A DNA stretch of 64,000 nt from Macrostomum hystrix (Eukaryota > Animalia > Platyhelminthes). The stretch covers positions 27,838,001-27,902,000 of the forward strand of contig CATNEN010000038.1 in NCBI GenBank assembly GCA_950097015.1. The letters run 5' to 3'. A program made the position numbers and the translations under genes. Below, piece by piece: positions 12,507-24,829 of the stretch. Below the pieces are notes generated by a model. It was not told the DNA's origin, made no database searches, and worked only from the letters and a program-made list of their open reading frames with translations. Within the stretch, counting starts at the first letter, position 1; each line of letters starts with the position of its first letter.

Positions 12507-15500
12507 TCAGTTAAGCGAATTCACCAGTCTCTCAAATGCTTTATCCTTTGCTTTCCTGACCATTGCACTGTGCTGAACCAGCTGCTCATTCTCTCCAATA
12601 ATTTTGAGCAGAACATTAGCAGACTTGCAGTACTGAAGTGTCATCACAACCTGCTGTACATCGGGAATTGTCCTAGGTCTGAGCAGCTGCGAGAACCAGT
12701 CTCTGCAATCATCCGGCTCCAACTCAAAGTGCAGGCACTTCAAAAGCGCATCGAAATTCATGAGAAACAGTCCCGGATTCTCATCCAACTCAATCGGGAA
12801 GATTGTCCGCATGCGTTCCGGTAAAAAATTAAACATAGGTTTTGGCACTTGTTCAGCGAAGCGAAAGCAGAACTTCGAGACAGAGTTGCTGCTCCATAGA
12901 AAATGTTCAACCAGACGATTGGCTACAAATCGATTCGATGATAAATTGTCCGACGACCAGCTCGGATACTCGATGGCATGTTGGTGCTGAACTCTGTGAC
13001 TCTTAATCACTTCCAGTGCTTTGATTCTGTCACCTGACTTCAGAAGTGTCATTACTCGTAGAGCAACTTGCACAGTGTTTAAACAGCTCGGGAGAGAGTC
13101 AATTAGTTGATTGAGATTCGATGATGAGTGAGTCAGTGTGTCAGCTGGTTCTGACAGTTTTGTCAGCACATGTTCTACTAAATCGTACAGCTGATGATAC
13201 TCCTGAATGGGATTAATTGTGTCAGGTTGTGTTGACAGATTTTGACTACGATTAGCCCAATACAGATCCGGCATCAGTAGAAACGGTTGATAGAGAAACC
13301 GACCTCGATATCTATGCTGTAGAGTCTCCCTGCAGTAAATGTCCAATTGATTCGGCAAATCGTGAATGACAGCCGCGATGGCACCAAGGATCTCGTCTCG
13401 CTGGCTATGACCTTCAAGAAGTTCAACGCCAGACGATACGCCTGACTGAAATAGGTTTCGAACTCCAGTATCACCGCCCCGAGCTGCAGCCAAGCCATTG
13501 TGCAGTGCTTGCAGAGACTGCCTCAGTAGATGAAGTAGATTTTCCGCCCGCCATTCGCTTCTTGGCGTACAGTTGAGCATGCGAAACAGGAGCATCTTCG
13601 ACAGGCTGCTTGGCAAACCGCGCACTAGGTGAACCAACAATCGATCAAAAATGTACTTTAATAGGATGAACACTTGGCCCTGCACTGTGGTTAAGCAGCT
13701 AATTAGTTTCTGTTCTAGCAGCTCAGTGCACACCTGGAGATTAATTGATTGACAGGTCCCAGTCTGCCGGGTGAGGCACGGCATAGCGTAGCACCTGGAA
13801 CTGTGCAATGCGTCTCTCAGCTTGCTAAGTACTTCGTCACTAATTTGAGTCGGATGACTGTCGGAATCATTCAGCAGACGAATGGGAGGCCAACGGCAGC
13901 ACTCCAGCACTGGGATGTGTCTCACAGTTGGCCTGTTTGCTGCGGAGGACCTGGGCGATGTGAATGACTGCCGCTGCAGGTCAACTACAATTTTCAGGGG
14001 AATGCTGCCAGATAGGTGAAAATAATTATATGAAAACCAGAAACACGATATGGAAACTGACAAGAATTTGTTGGCTATCAGAATACGACCTTTCGGAACC
14101 TGACGAACATACGAGTACCTCAAATACAGAATCTGACACTCCAGAATTCATTACCTGGAACCCAATACTTCCAAACCTAACATTTCCAAAACTGACATTT
14201 CCCAACCTCGCACCGCAGATCCTGACACTCAGATCCTGACATCCAGATCCTGACACCCAGATCCTGACACCGTAGATCCTGACACCCAGATCCTGACACC
14301 GTAGATCCTGACACCCAGATCCTGACACCGTAGATCCTGACACACAGATCCTGACACACAGATCCTGACACCGTAGAACCTGACACCCAGAACCTGACAC
14401 CCAGATCCTGACACCCAGATCCTGACACGAACCTAAACCATCGCCAGAGTATGTCAGAGAGCCGTCACTCTGACTTAGTTCAACTGGATTCCGGCCGCCC
14501 AGCAGTGCGGCCCCGCTACCGCAGCGGCAAAGTCCTTGAATGTGCAGCACCACACCCGGTACCGGACGGAGCAGTGTGACTTCGATGTCGTTGTCAAATT
14601 CGCCGGCTAAACTTCGGCCCCAGGCGTCGGCGAAGCTGCCACCGAGGCGCGGCAACGGCAGGTCGGAGAAGTCGGCCTGAAGTCGAGCTCGACTCAAAGC
14701 TTCGGTGACATCAATGACGCAGCTATGAAGGCAGGCGGATAGCTGATGAAATCCGGCAGCCAAGAGGCTGTTATGTAGTTGTAGGCTTAGCTCGGAGTCT
14801 GTGGGTTCAGATCTTGGCGGGAGATGGGGGTGAGCAATTACATTCCTATCTAACATGTTACAGTCCTGTCTAACATGTTACAGTCCTGTCTAACATGTTA
14901 CAGTCCTGTCTAACATGTTACAGTCCTGTCTAACATGTTACAGTCCTGTCTAACATGTTACAGTCCTGTCTAATATGTTACAGTCCTGTCTAACATGTTA
15001 CAGTCTCGTTTAGCAAGTTACGCTACTCACCTCTCGTCTGTTGAAGCCAATTCATCGAGTCCACCAGATGATTCTTTCAGCTCTCTCGCCAGCATCACGT
15101 GACCTCGCTGAAGCGCCGACTGAAACGCCGTCAAGCCGTCGCGATCGCGGGCCAGAAGGTCGCCGCCGTTGGCCGCCAGTAGGCGCGCGATTGTCACGTT
15201 ACCAAGTCTTGACGCGGCATGCAACGGTGTCTGGCCATTGTCGCGTCGCCTAGCATTGACATCGGCGCCGGCGCGAATTAGTTGGCTCGCGGCGCCAATT
15301 TGGCGCCGAATTGTCGCAGCGTGCAGAGGAGTAGCGCCGCTGGTTGTAACTCGAGTGTCTGGCGAGGCTAGCAATCCATTTGTAACCAAGCACCTTAGCA
15401 GTTGAGTTGGTTGGTTTGAGATTTCTGACAAAAGTAGATTCAAATCAGTCTACTCCACTATACTCTACCCAGTCTACTCCGTTAAACCTACTCTACTCAG

Positions 15501-16692
15501 TCTAATGTGTAAAATTTTTAAATGCTCAACATCTACCAAACAATCACCTGACAATGTCCGTGTGTCCCATTTGTGCTGCGACAAACAATGGCGAGTAGCC
15601 GCCTGTCACAGCCAGATTAGGATTAGCCAGTCCGTCATCTGTCAACGCTTTGACAGCTGTCAATTGGCCAGCTTGAGCAGCTAGATAAAGCGGGGTTGCT
15701 CCACCAATCTGAAGGTCAACATCGGCTTGACGGCCAATCAGCAGTCTTAGAAGATCTGGTCGACCTGCCTTGGCGGCAAGATGAGTAGCAACAGTGGGGT
15801 CAGCTTGGGCGTTTGACAGATTCAAAGCCAACTCGAAGTGGCCAACCTTCGCCGCCAGCGCCAAGGCAGTTGAGCCGCAGTTCGCCAACGCATCGACGTC
15901 GGCTCCCGCTAGCGTCAGTTGCGTTGTCATTGCAACCCGACCAGCGCTGGCCGCCAAATGAAGCGGCGAATGACCTCCGTGCGTCATTCGTCGATTCAAA
16001 TTCGCCACACCGCTGATTAGACGAGCTAGACAATCAGTACTGTCTCCAGCGACCGCCAGGTGAACTGCCGATGCGCCGTCGAGTCGTTGAACATCAGGAT
16101 CCGCCATGGCAGCCAAGAGTAGGCTGACAGTTTCCTCTGACCCGGCGGCCACCGCAAGCAGCAGGGGACACTCGCCAGTTTCAGTCGCTGGTTGATTAAC
16201 ATCGGCGACTTCAAATTCAACGAACTGCCTGACGACTGCGACCTGCCTAAGTCTGGCTGCCCAGCACAACGGAGTCAGGCCACTACGACGATGTCGCGTT
16301 GAAATCTGCAATCTAAATTTAAATAGATTGACAGCTATGTGACAGCTAGATGATGCTTGACAGGTCAGAAGATGCTGGACAATGTCCAAGTGCCCATTGC
16401 GCAATGCTGCATCCAACGGCGTCACTCCGCAATTGTCCTCCAGCTCCGTCAAAGCCAACGCGCCAGTCAGCAGCGACACAATGTTTGCCCGACCTAGCGA
16501 GGCGGCTAACCACAATGGACTGCGGCCGAGCGAATCGCTGATGTTCACATCGACAGCTTGACTGTCTAGAATCCGCCTAACCGCGCCTACATCGTCAGAT
16601 TTGACAGCTTCAAATAGGCCGAAGCTGGGGTCCATGGGCTTGCTGGGTATCGGAAATATGTGTCCAGGCTTTGCAAGGCCAGGCAAGCGCAT
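12507..16692 (-). CDS. Ankyrin-repeat / Mab-21 (cGAS-like receptor, cGLR) fusion protein, ~1132 aa. Exons 16692-15548, 15393-15031, 14845-14433, ~13984-12507
   Basis: Repeated G-x-(T/S)PLH/LAA ankyrin motifs. Junction 1 rebuilds GHTDIVR-CLVTNG in phase 2; junction 2 (ag|gtgagt ... gatag|g) joins ankyrins in frame to GGSFADAWG...DNDIEVTLL (NTase GS/DxD region). The last exon has HIPVLECCRWP and EQKLISCLTTVQGQVFILLKYIF...LPSSLSKMLLFRMLNCTPRSEWRAENLL, resembling the Mab-21 helical lobe. The exon 3/4 junction is less certain. Confidence 0.75.
14215..14430. repeat. Intronic ~14-16-bp repeat (agatcctgacaccc)
   Basis: Tandem units in intron 3 of the ANK-cGLR gene. Confidence 0.9.
14850..15006. repeat. 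Intronic 20-bp repeat (taacatgttacagtcctgtc)
   Basis: About 8 near-perfect units filling intron 2. Confidence 0.95.
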
Positions 16693-17089
16693 ATTCTAAT
16701 TTTCTCTTTTTCATATTTATCTTTCTGCTCATTCTTTCTTTAACTACTCGAATGAATGAAATAGAAAAACCCAACTAAGGTTGACAGCTAAAACTGAATA
16801 GTCTCACGTGCTTAATTAATCTACGTGAAATGTACATTCAGTGTACATTCAGTGTACATTCAATCTTCAGGTCAAATTATACATTGAGATTCGCAGATAG
16901 AGAAAAGCAAACACTAGTACTGGACATTATCGAGAGCTGCACGAACTATTTTCTCGACAGCGCAATTAACTAATTTTTCAGCAGTTATGATTTTTCTTGA
17001 AAAAATTGAATACTATTGGTCTCTCTGGCTTCTCTTTTTACTTTAATCAATTGTTCTTACCTTTTTTGCTAATTTTATTCTGACATACT

Positions 17090-17700
17090 AAATCCCATCC
17101 TTCCAAATCCCGTCGTGACCTACTTAATCCCATCCTGACCTTCCTAATCCGATTCTGACCTTCCTAATCCCATCCTGACCTACTTAATCCAATCCTGACC
17201 TTCCTAATCCGATTCTGACCTTCCTAATCCCATCCTGACCTACTTAATCCAATCCTGACCTTTCTAATCCCATCCTGACCTTCTTAATCCTATTTTGACA
17301 ATCATAATCACATCCTGACATTTCTAATCCCATACTGACCTTCCTAATCCCATTCTGACCTTCCTAATCCCACCCTGACCTTCCTAATCCCATCCTGACA
17401 TTCCTTATCCCACACTGACCTTCCCAATTTCATCCTGACCTTCCTAAACCCATCCTGACCTTCCTAATCCTATTTTGACAATCCTAATCCCATCCTGACC
17501 TTCCTAATCCCATCCTGACCTTCCTAATCCCATCTAGACCTTCCTAATCCCATTCTGACCTTCCTAATCCCTTCCTGACAATGCTAATCCCATCCTGACA
17601 ATCCTACTCCCATCCTGACCTTCCTAATCCCATCCTGACCTTCCTAATCCCATTCTGACCTTCATAATCCTATTTTGACAATGCTTAATCCCATTCCTGA
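17090..17700. repeat. 20-bp minisatellite (catcctgaccttcctaatcc)
   Basis: About 30 units in the divergent intergenic region. Confidence 0.95.
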
Positions 17701-18278
17701 CAAGCATCATGTTGAACTGACAACCTCAACTTCATTCCAATTTTCAAGACCAATTTGGTTTCATTAATTGACACTGGATTGAAAGTTCTGCTTGGCATTA
17801 ATTTATTTTTTTAGCTCGTAAGCTGATATTTTTAGTCATGACCAGAAAGCTCTGGCTGATTCTAAAAAAGGAATATGACATATTTATCTTTATTAAACAA
17901 AACGATTAAGCGGATAAGTTTCTTGCTCGCTTATTATGACACATCAACAAATTATCAGAGCTTAGCAACTAAAGTCTGTAAAATATAGTCATGACAAGCT
18001 AGGCATATGAGCAGCTTGAGATGTACGCACAATAGTACGCTTTCATGTACACTGTTAACTTTCTACACTACACTACGAGTACAGTCGTGTAGCAAACGGA
18101 GGAAAGAAGCATTACGGGAGACAGCACTGTTATAGCCAGTCCTATTATAAGGAACTTTTCTTAACGTTGGCGAATTTATATTAATTATAAATTTTAGTAA
18201 TTTCGGTTGGCACTAAGCACTAAAAAACTGTGATTTAGTAGCGCATCATTTTTACTGAACCGAAAGACTGGACAGATC

Positions 18279-21200
18279 ATGGCCGCGTCCTTGGTGTCAA
18301 TCAACAGCGAGAAGGACCTCATAGCCGATTGCACCTGTCCAGTTTGCCAGGAGCTGTTCCAGCATCCGCAAAAATTGAACTCGTGTAGACACACTCTGTG
18401 TAGAAGGTGCGTCAAGAAGATGCAGCAGAAGGAGCCAGACCCGATGGCGGAGATGGCGGAGATCTCATTCAGCTTGTTCGGAATGCTTCATCAGCGAGTC
18501 AAGACCGAGTCGGCCAAGCCAGGCACCGTCTGCTGTCCGATCTGTCGAGAAACAAGCGACACCTTCGAGCCGGATGCCACCGTCGAGTATCTCGTCAAGG
18601 TGAGTAGACTTTGCTGCTCAGTTTTTACCTTAATTCTATGAATTATGATGTCAACAGGGCTTGCTTGAAGAAAGGCGAATGATTTCGGCTCTAGATTCAA
18701 ATCACACAAGAACACAATCACACTGACACACAAGAACACAATCACACTGACACACAAGAACACAACCACACTGACACACAAGAACACAACCACACTGACA
18801 CACAAGAACACAATCACACTGACACACAAGAACACAATCACACTGACACACAAGAACACAATCACACTGACACACAAGAACACAACCACACTGACACACA
18901 AGAACACAATCACACTGACACACAAGAACACAACCACACTGACACACAAGAACACAATCACACTGACACACAAGAACACAATCACACTGACACACAAGAA
19001 CACAATCACACTGACACACAAGAACACAATCACACTGACACACAAGAACACAATCACACTGACACACAAGAACACAATCACACTGAATCCTTTCCGCTGC
19101 CACCAAGGTGCTACAAGCGATGCGATCCTTCAGTCGATGCTCCGGCGATGACTCCTGCCTGACGGAGGCCACGGTGCAGTGTGCCTGCTGTGACAAACGC
19201 CTGTGCCAGAGTCACTACACGGCACAGCTCAACGCACTAAAGGATTCCGGCGTGGCTCTGCTGAAAGACTTGGACGTCCTTCTCGCCGTGCCCGATGAGG
19301 CAAACAGCGAATCGCTTCAGCAGCTTCAGTCAGCCGTCGAAGCCTCAGCCGCGTTTGAAGCCGAACTCATCGACTGTATTCGCCAAGGTTTCTCGAATTT
19401 TCGTCGACAGGTTCAACAATGCGAAGCCAAGCTTCGGTCGCCGTTAATTGAAGACGAGGCCGAACGAAACGCGCTCTGGTTGGACAGGGCGGCCCTGAGA
19501 CAGCTGGCTGCCAATGGCTGTTGGCCGCCGAGCGGGTCACTGGCCCGGATGCTTCCAGAGGCTCAGAGGCGAGTGAAATCGGCTCAGTTGAAGTGGCCAG
19601 ACAGGCAGCTGGCTTTGCAGTTCCAGCCTGACAAGTTGAAGGACCAGCTGGCCGGGTTGTTAGTTCAGCACGCGAGCTCCGACACTTTCCAGTCGCGATA
19701 CTCGCAGCTGCCGTCGTTGGTGACAAGAGTGCGACAGCAGAACCTCACGCAGAAACCCTGGGACATTTGCCTCCTATCCAATCTGGATGGCGTCGTCAAC
19801 TTAAACGGCGTGCTCAAATTCAGATCTAGCTTGTCGAGCAGCGACTTGAGCTCAGTGAAAGAGCTGACGGGCCCGCTGCTGGTTATCAACGCTCAGAACT
19901 TCCCGACTAAGATGCTACACGTCACTGACATGGAGGTAAGAGAAATTGGGATTGGAAGCTAGTCTCCAGGATCATCGCATCAAATGACTCACAATTGGGT
20001 CATAAGGATCTCGATTGGGTCATAAGGATCCTAATTGGGTCATAAGGATGATTGGGTGACAGGTGATAGGTCATTTGTCAATCTCAATTGGGTCATAAGG
20101 ATATCCACTAGGTCATAAGGATATCCACTAGGTCATAGGGATTTCAATTGGGTCATAAGGATTTCAATTGGGTCATAAGGATTTCAATTGGGTCATAAGG
20201 ATTTCAATTGGGTCATAAGGATTTCAATTGGGTCATAAGGATTTCAATTGGGTCATAAGGATCTCCACTAGGTCATAAGGATCTCAATTGGGTCATTTCG
20301 ATCTCGATTTGGTCATATAAGGATCTCACTAAAACAATCGCAATGCACCACAAACCGCAGGTGAAGCAGGTAGCAACCATCAGCCCCAGATTCGGTCTGG
20401 AAGGCATGCCTGGTCGCATGCATGTACACAATGATCGACAGCTCATCCTGACTTCCGACGCGGGCCGGCATCGAGTCTCCGTCTTCAACCTGGAGGGCCG
20501 TTTAATCCGCAGCTTCGGTGAGAAAGGTTCGGCGCCGGGACAGTTTCATTCGCCGCTGGGCGTCGGCGCCGTCGACAACCAGATGTTCGTGGTGGACGCG
20601 AAGAATCGGAGGGTGCAGGTGGGTTTGACTGTTTTGAATACTGTCAGTTCAGCTGACTAGCAGCAGAAAGAACCAAGTTTCAAATACCCACTGCTGTCGA
20701 TTCCGCGCATCGAGGCCACATTCATCTGGGTCAGCCCCACTGAGACAAAGTGAGAGTGTACCACTGCCCGGCAGTGAGAAAAGTCAGGGCAGGGGTTTAC
20801 TGTCTGTCTCTTAATGTCCAGCCATGTTCAATATTGACTGTATGTCACAATACCGATTCCCCCCAGGTGTTCGACATAGACAACGACTACAACTGCCTAG
20901 CCATCATTCCACACGACGGTTTCACAGAAGGCCTTCAGTCTGTGCTAGTCACCCAGAGCTCCGTGTTTGTTGCCGACCGCGACAAATCGCGGCTCTCTAT
21001 ATTCGACAGAGGCACCAGACAGCCAACAATTGCCCAACCGTTGAAACTCGAAGGACAACCGTTTGGCGTCGCGGCTGACGAATACGGCAACGCCATGGTG
21101 ACGCTGGTCAAAGATGCCAAATTGTTGGTTGTCAACCGGTTTGGCTCCGTGCTGAAGACCCTCAGCTTCAAGGAGACAGTCGACGAGTCTTCTAGACGTC

Positions 21201-21367
21201 AGGTGCCATCGTTGGAAGACTTGCCCTTCCCGATGCTGATGCCGATGCTTCAGATGTCCAACGGAGCTCTGCCCAGACTGTTCCACGGTGCAGCTTTTGA
21301 GCCGAAAAGTCGGCGACTGTTCATAGCCGACCTGATGCGAAGTTGCATTCTGATGTCAGACTTTTGA
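18279..21367 (+). CDS. TRIM-NHL-like E3 ligase (RING, degenerate B-box, coiled coil, NHL repeats), ~635 aa. Exons 18279-18599, 19108-19935, 20361-20618, 20867-21367
   Basis: C3HC4 RING CPVC...CRHTLCRRC...CPIC; CSGDDSC...CACCDKRLCQSH; helical region; NHL motifs (SDAGRHRVSVF, FGEKGSAPGQFHSPLGV, VVDAKNRRVQVF, QPFGVAAD). All three introns are phase-0 GT-AG. Confidence 0.88.
18700..19086. repeat. Intronic 24-bp repeat (cacacaagaacacaatcacactga)
   Basis: About 16 near-perfect units. Confidence 0.95.
19993..20325. repeat. Intronic 20-bp repeat (ggtcataaggatttcaattg)
   Basis: Tandem units. Confidence 0.92.
20690..20800 (+). mobile_element. SINE family A remnant in TRIM intron 3
   Basis: tcgattcc...gaggccacatt...agtgagagtgtac..ctgcc..gagaaaagtcagggcag matches the SINE sense strand. 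Confidence 0.6.
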
Positions 21368-21472
21368 GGCGCACGCGTGACAGCTGACGAGTTGACTTAG
21401 AATTCCGTCATTGTAACAAATTCCTGCCTGTGCCTGTGTCAGTTAAGGGAAGTGACAGGTGGGGGGACCTGT

Positions 21473-22520
21473 TTAACAGGTCGGTGATATGTCTAACAGG
21501 TAGGTTAAATGTCTAACAGGTAGGTTAAATGTCTAACAGGTAGGTTAAATGTCTAACAGGTAGGTGATATGTCTAACAGGTAGGTTAAATGTCTAACAGG
21601 TAGGTGATATGTCTAACAGGTAGGGTAGGTTAAATGTCTAACAGGTAGGTTAAATGTCTAACAGGTAGGGTAGGTTAAATGTGTAACAGGTAGGTTAAAT
21701 GTCTAACAGGTAGGGTAGGTTAAATGTCTAACAGGTAGGTTAAATGTCTAACAGGTAGGTGATATGTCTAACAGGTAGGGTAGGTTAAATTTCTAACAGG
21801 TAGGTTAAATTTCTAACAGGTAGGGTAGGTTAAATGTCTAACAGGTAGGGTAGGTTAAATGTCTAACAGGTAGGTTAAATGTCTAACAGGTAGGTTAAAT
21901 GTCTAACAGGTAGGTTAAATGTCTAACAGGTAGGTTAAATGTCTATCAGGTAGGTTAAATGTCTATCAGGTAGGTTAAATGTCTATCAGGTAGGTTAAAT
22001 GTCTAACAGGTAGGTTAAATGTCTAACAGGTAGGTTAAATGTCTAACAGGTAGGTGATATGTCTAACAGGTAGGTGATATGTCTAACAGGTAGGTGATAT
22101 GTCTAACAGGTAGGTTAAATGTGTAACAGGTAGGGTAGGTTAAATGTGTAACAGGTAGGGTAGGTTAAATGTCTAACAGGTAGGTTAGATGTCTAACAGG
22201 CAGGTTAAATGTCTATCAGGTAGGTTAAATGTCTATCAGGTAGGTTAAATGTCTATCAGGTAGGTTAAATGTCTATCAGGTAGGTTAAATGTCTAACAGG
22301 TAGGTTAAATGTCTAACAGGTAGGTTAAATGTCTAACAGGTAGGTTAAATGTCTATCAGGTAGGTTAAATGTCTAACAGGTAGGTTAAATGTCTATCAGG
22401 TAGGTTAAATGTCTAACAGGTAGGTGATATGTCTAACAGGTAGGTTAAATGTCTAACAGGTAGGTTAAATGTCTAACAGGTAGGTTAAATGTCTAACAGG
22501 TGGGTGATCTGTCTAACAGG
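21473..22520. repeat. 20-bp satellite (gtctaacaggtaggttaaat)
   Basis: About 50 units. Confidence 0.96.
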
Positions 22521-23049
22521 TGGCCTTATCTGTTAGACGAAGGTGTTAGATAATTGTTCCTGTCTAACAGGCATATGTTAAAAATGTCCACTATAGAAAA
22601 AAATAATGCTTAGGACTAATTTTTTTGCCACGACATTCTAGTAATTAACTGTAATCAAGGTAATCGATTTTTTTAAAGTATCTTATTCAGATCCGTTTGC
22701 AAAACGTAATTTTCAGTAATATATTCAGAAATAAATATATGCCGAAATTAGTGGAAATGTGTGACGCTTGTCAGTTAAAAACTATCACTTACTTTAATAT
22801 GTGAATAATTTTATTTATTACATTTTTATTTCATTTTAAATGAAACGTGGAACTTCCACAATTGTACACAATATATTGCGTACGCGTCTAAAGCTTTCCA
22901 ACCATTGTACCTAAGAGAAAAGTATAGAAAATTTACATTTCAACTCACCTAAAAAGTGTGCTTCTGTTTAATACTTTTTTTCTGTAATGTCGCAATGCCT
23001 ACAAAACAATACATTAGCTGACATAAGGACTGAATGCCATCCATAGACT

Positions 23050-24220
23050 TAATCTGACATTCTGATAATTTGAGATTGTGAAAATCTGAAAATCTGAGAT
23101 TCTGACATCCTGATATTCTGACATTCTGACAATCTGACATCCTGACAATCTGACATCCTGACAATCTGACATCCTGAAAATCTGACATCCTGACAATCTG
23201 ACATCCTGAAAATCTGACATCCTGACAATCTGACATCCTGAAAATCTGACATCCTGACAATCTGACATACTGACAATCTGACATCCTGACAATCTGACAT
23301 CCTGACAATCTGACATCCTGACAATCTGACATCCTGACAATCTGACATACTGACAATCTGACATCCTGACAATCTGACATCCTGACAATCTGACATCCTG
23401 ACAATCTGACATCCTGACAATCTGACATTCTGACAATCTGACATTCTGACAATCTGACATTCTGACAACCTGACATCCTGACAATCTGACATCCTGACAA
23501 TCTGACATCCTGAAAATCTGACATCCTGAAAATCTGACATCCTGACAATCTAACAATCTAAGATTCTGACATTCTGACAATCTGACATCCTCACAATCTG
23601 ACATCCTGACAATCTGACATCCTGAAAATCTGACATCCTGACAATCTGACATCCTGACAATCTAACAATCTAAGATTCTGACATTCTGACAACCTGACAT
23701 CCTGACAATCTGACATCCTGACAATCTGACATCCTGAAAATCTGACATCCTGAAAATCTGACATCCTGACAATCTAACAATCTAAGATTCTGACATTCTG
23801 ACAATCTGACATCCTCACAATCTGACATCCTGACAATCTGACATCCTGAAAATCTGACATCCTGACAATCTGACATCCTGACAATCTAACAATCTAAGAT
23901 TCTGACATTCTGACAATCTGACATCCTGAAAATCTGACATCCTGACAATCTGACATCCTGACAATCTAACAATCTAAGATTCTGACATTCTGACAATCTG
24001 ACATCCTCACAATCTAACAATCTAAGATTCTGACATTCTGACAATCTGACCATCTGACAATCTGACATCCTGACAATCTAACAATCTAAGATTCTGACAT
24101 TCTGACAATCTGACCATCTGACAATCTGACATCCTGACAATCTAACAATCTAAGATTCTGACATTCTGACAATCTGACCATCTGACATTCTGACAATCTG
24201 ACATTCTGTAAATCTGAGAT
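23050..24220. repeat. 16-bp satellite (aatctgacatcctgac)
   Basis: Tandem units; overlapping ORFs are artefacts. Confidence 0.96.
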
Positions 24221-24829
24221 AAAGCAGGTTTATTTCATTCTTAATCTATTTTAATTGAACTAGCTTTTCTACTGCAAGTAGCAAACTTAGTTCAAAATTA
24301 TCTAATTACAAATTTCGTACCTCGGGATGTCATGGATGTGTGAGTAGACAGGATGTTGCTAAAGCTGTATGGATGATAACGAATTCCATTCTTGAATCCC
24401 AAGCTACAAAGCCGCGCCATGGGATATTTAGAGGAGGGCGAAGTGGGATAATAAGCTCCGTCGCAAGCAGTTCTGTAACTAACAACAATGCCGCATTTAT
24501 TGACATCTCAAATTTTTCCTGCGACTTGAGCACCCCCCAGACTGAAACATCGGCGCTTGGGATAAAAATAGATTTGGCGATGCGGGATTAGATATGCCAG
24601 GACAGAGAGAGACTGTGAACAATGAAAGCAAAAAATATTGCTTGATTCTTTGCTACTAGCAGCTTAGAAAATGATCCCAGTGTACTTCGAATGGTAAAAT
24701 AATTTAATTGTTTTCTGTCATCTTATATGCACTAATCCTCAGAAAAGAAACATTGTTTCTAAGACAATAAATATCACCTTCTTAACATTATACTAATGCT
24801 CTAATGGCATACTTAAATACAGATTAGAA

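Noticed and set aside
14026-14432. C-terminal half of the 276-aa ORF as coding
   Set aside because: Reads through a tandem repeat after a donor site at 14433/14432; treated as intron.
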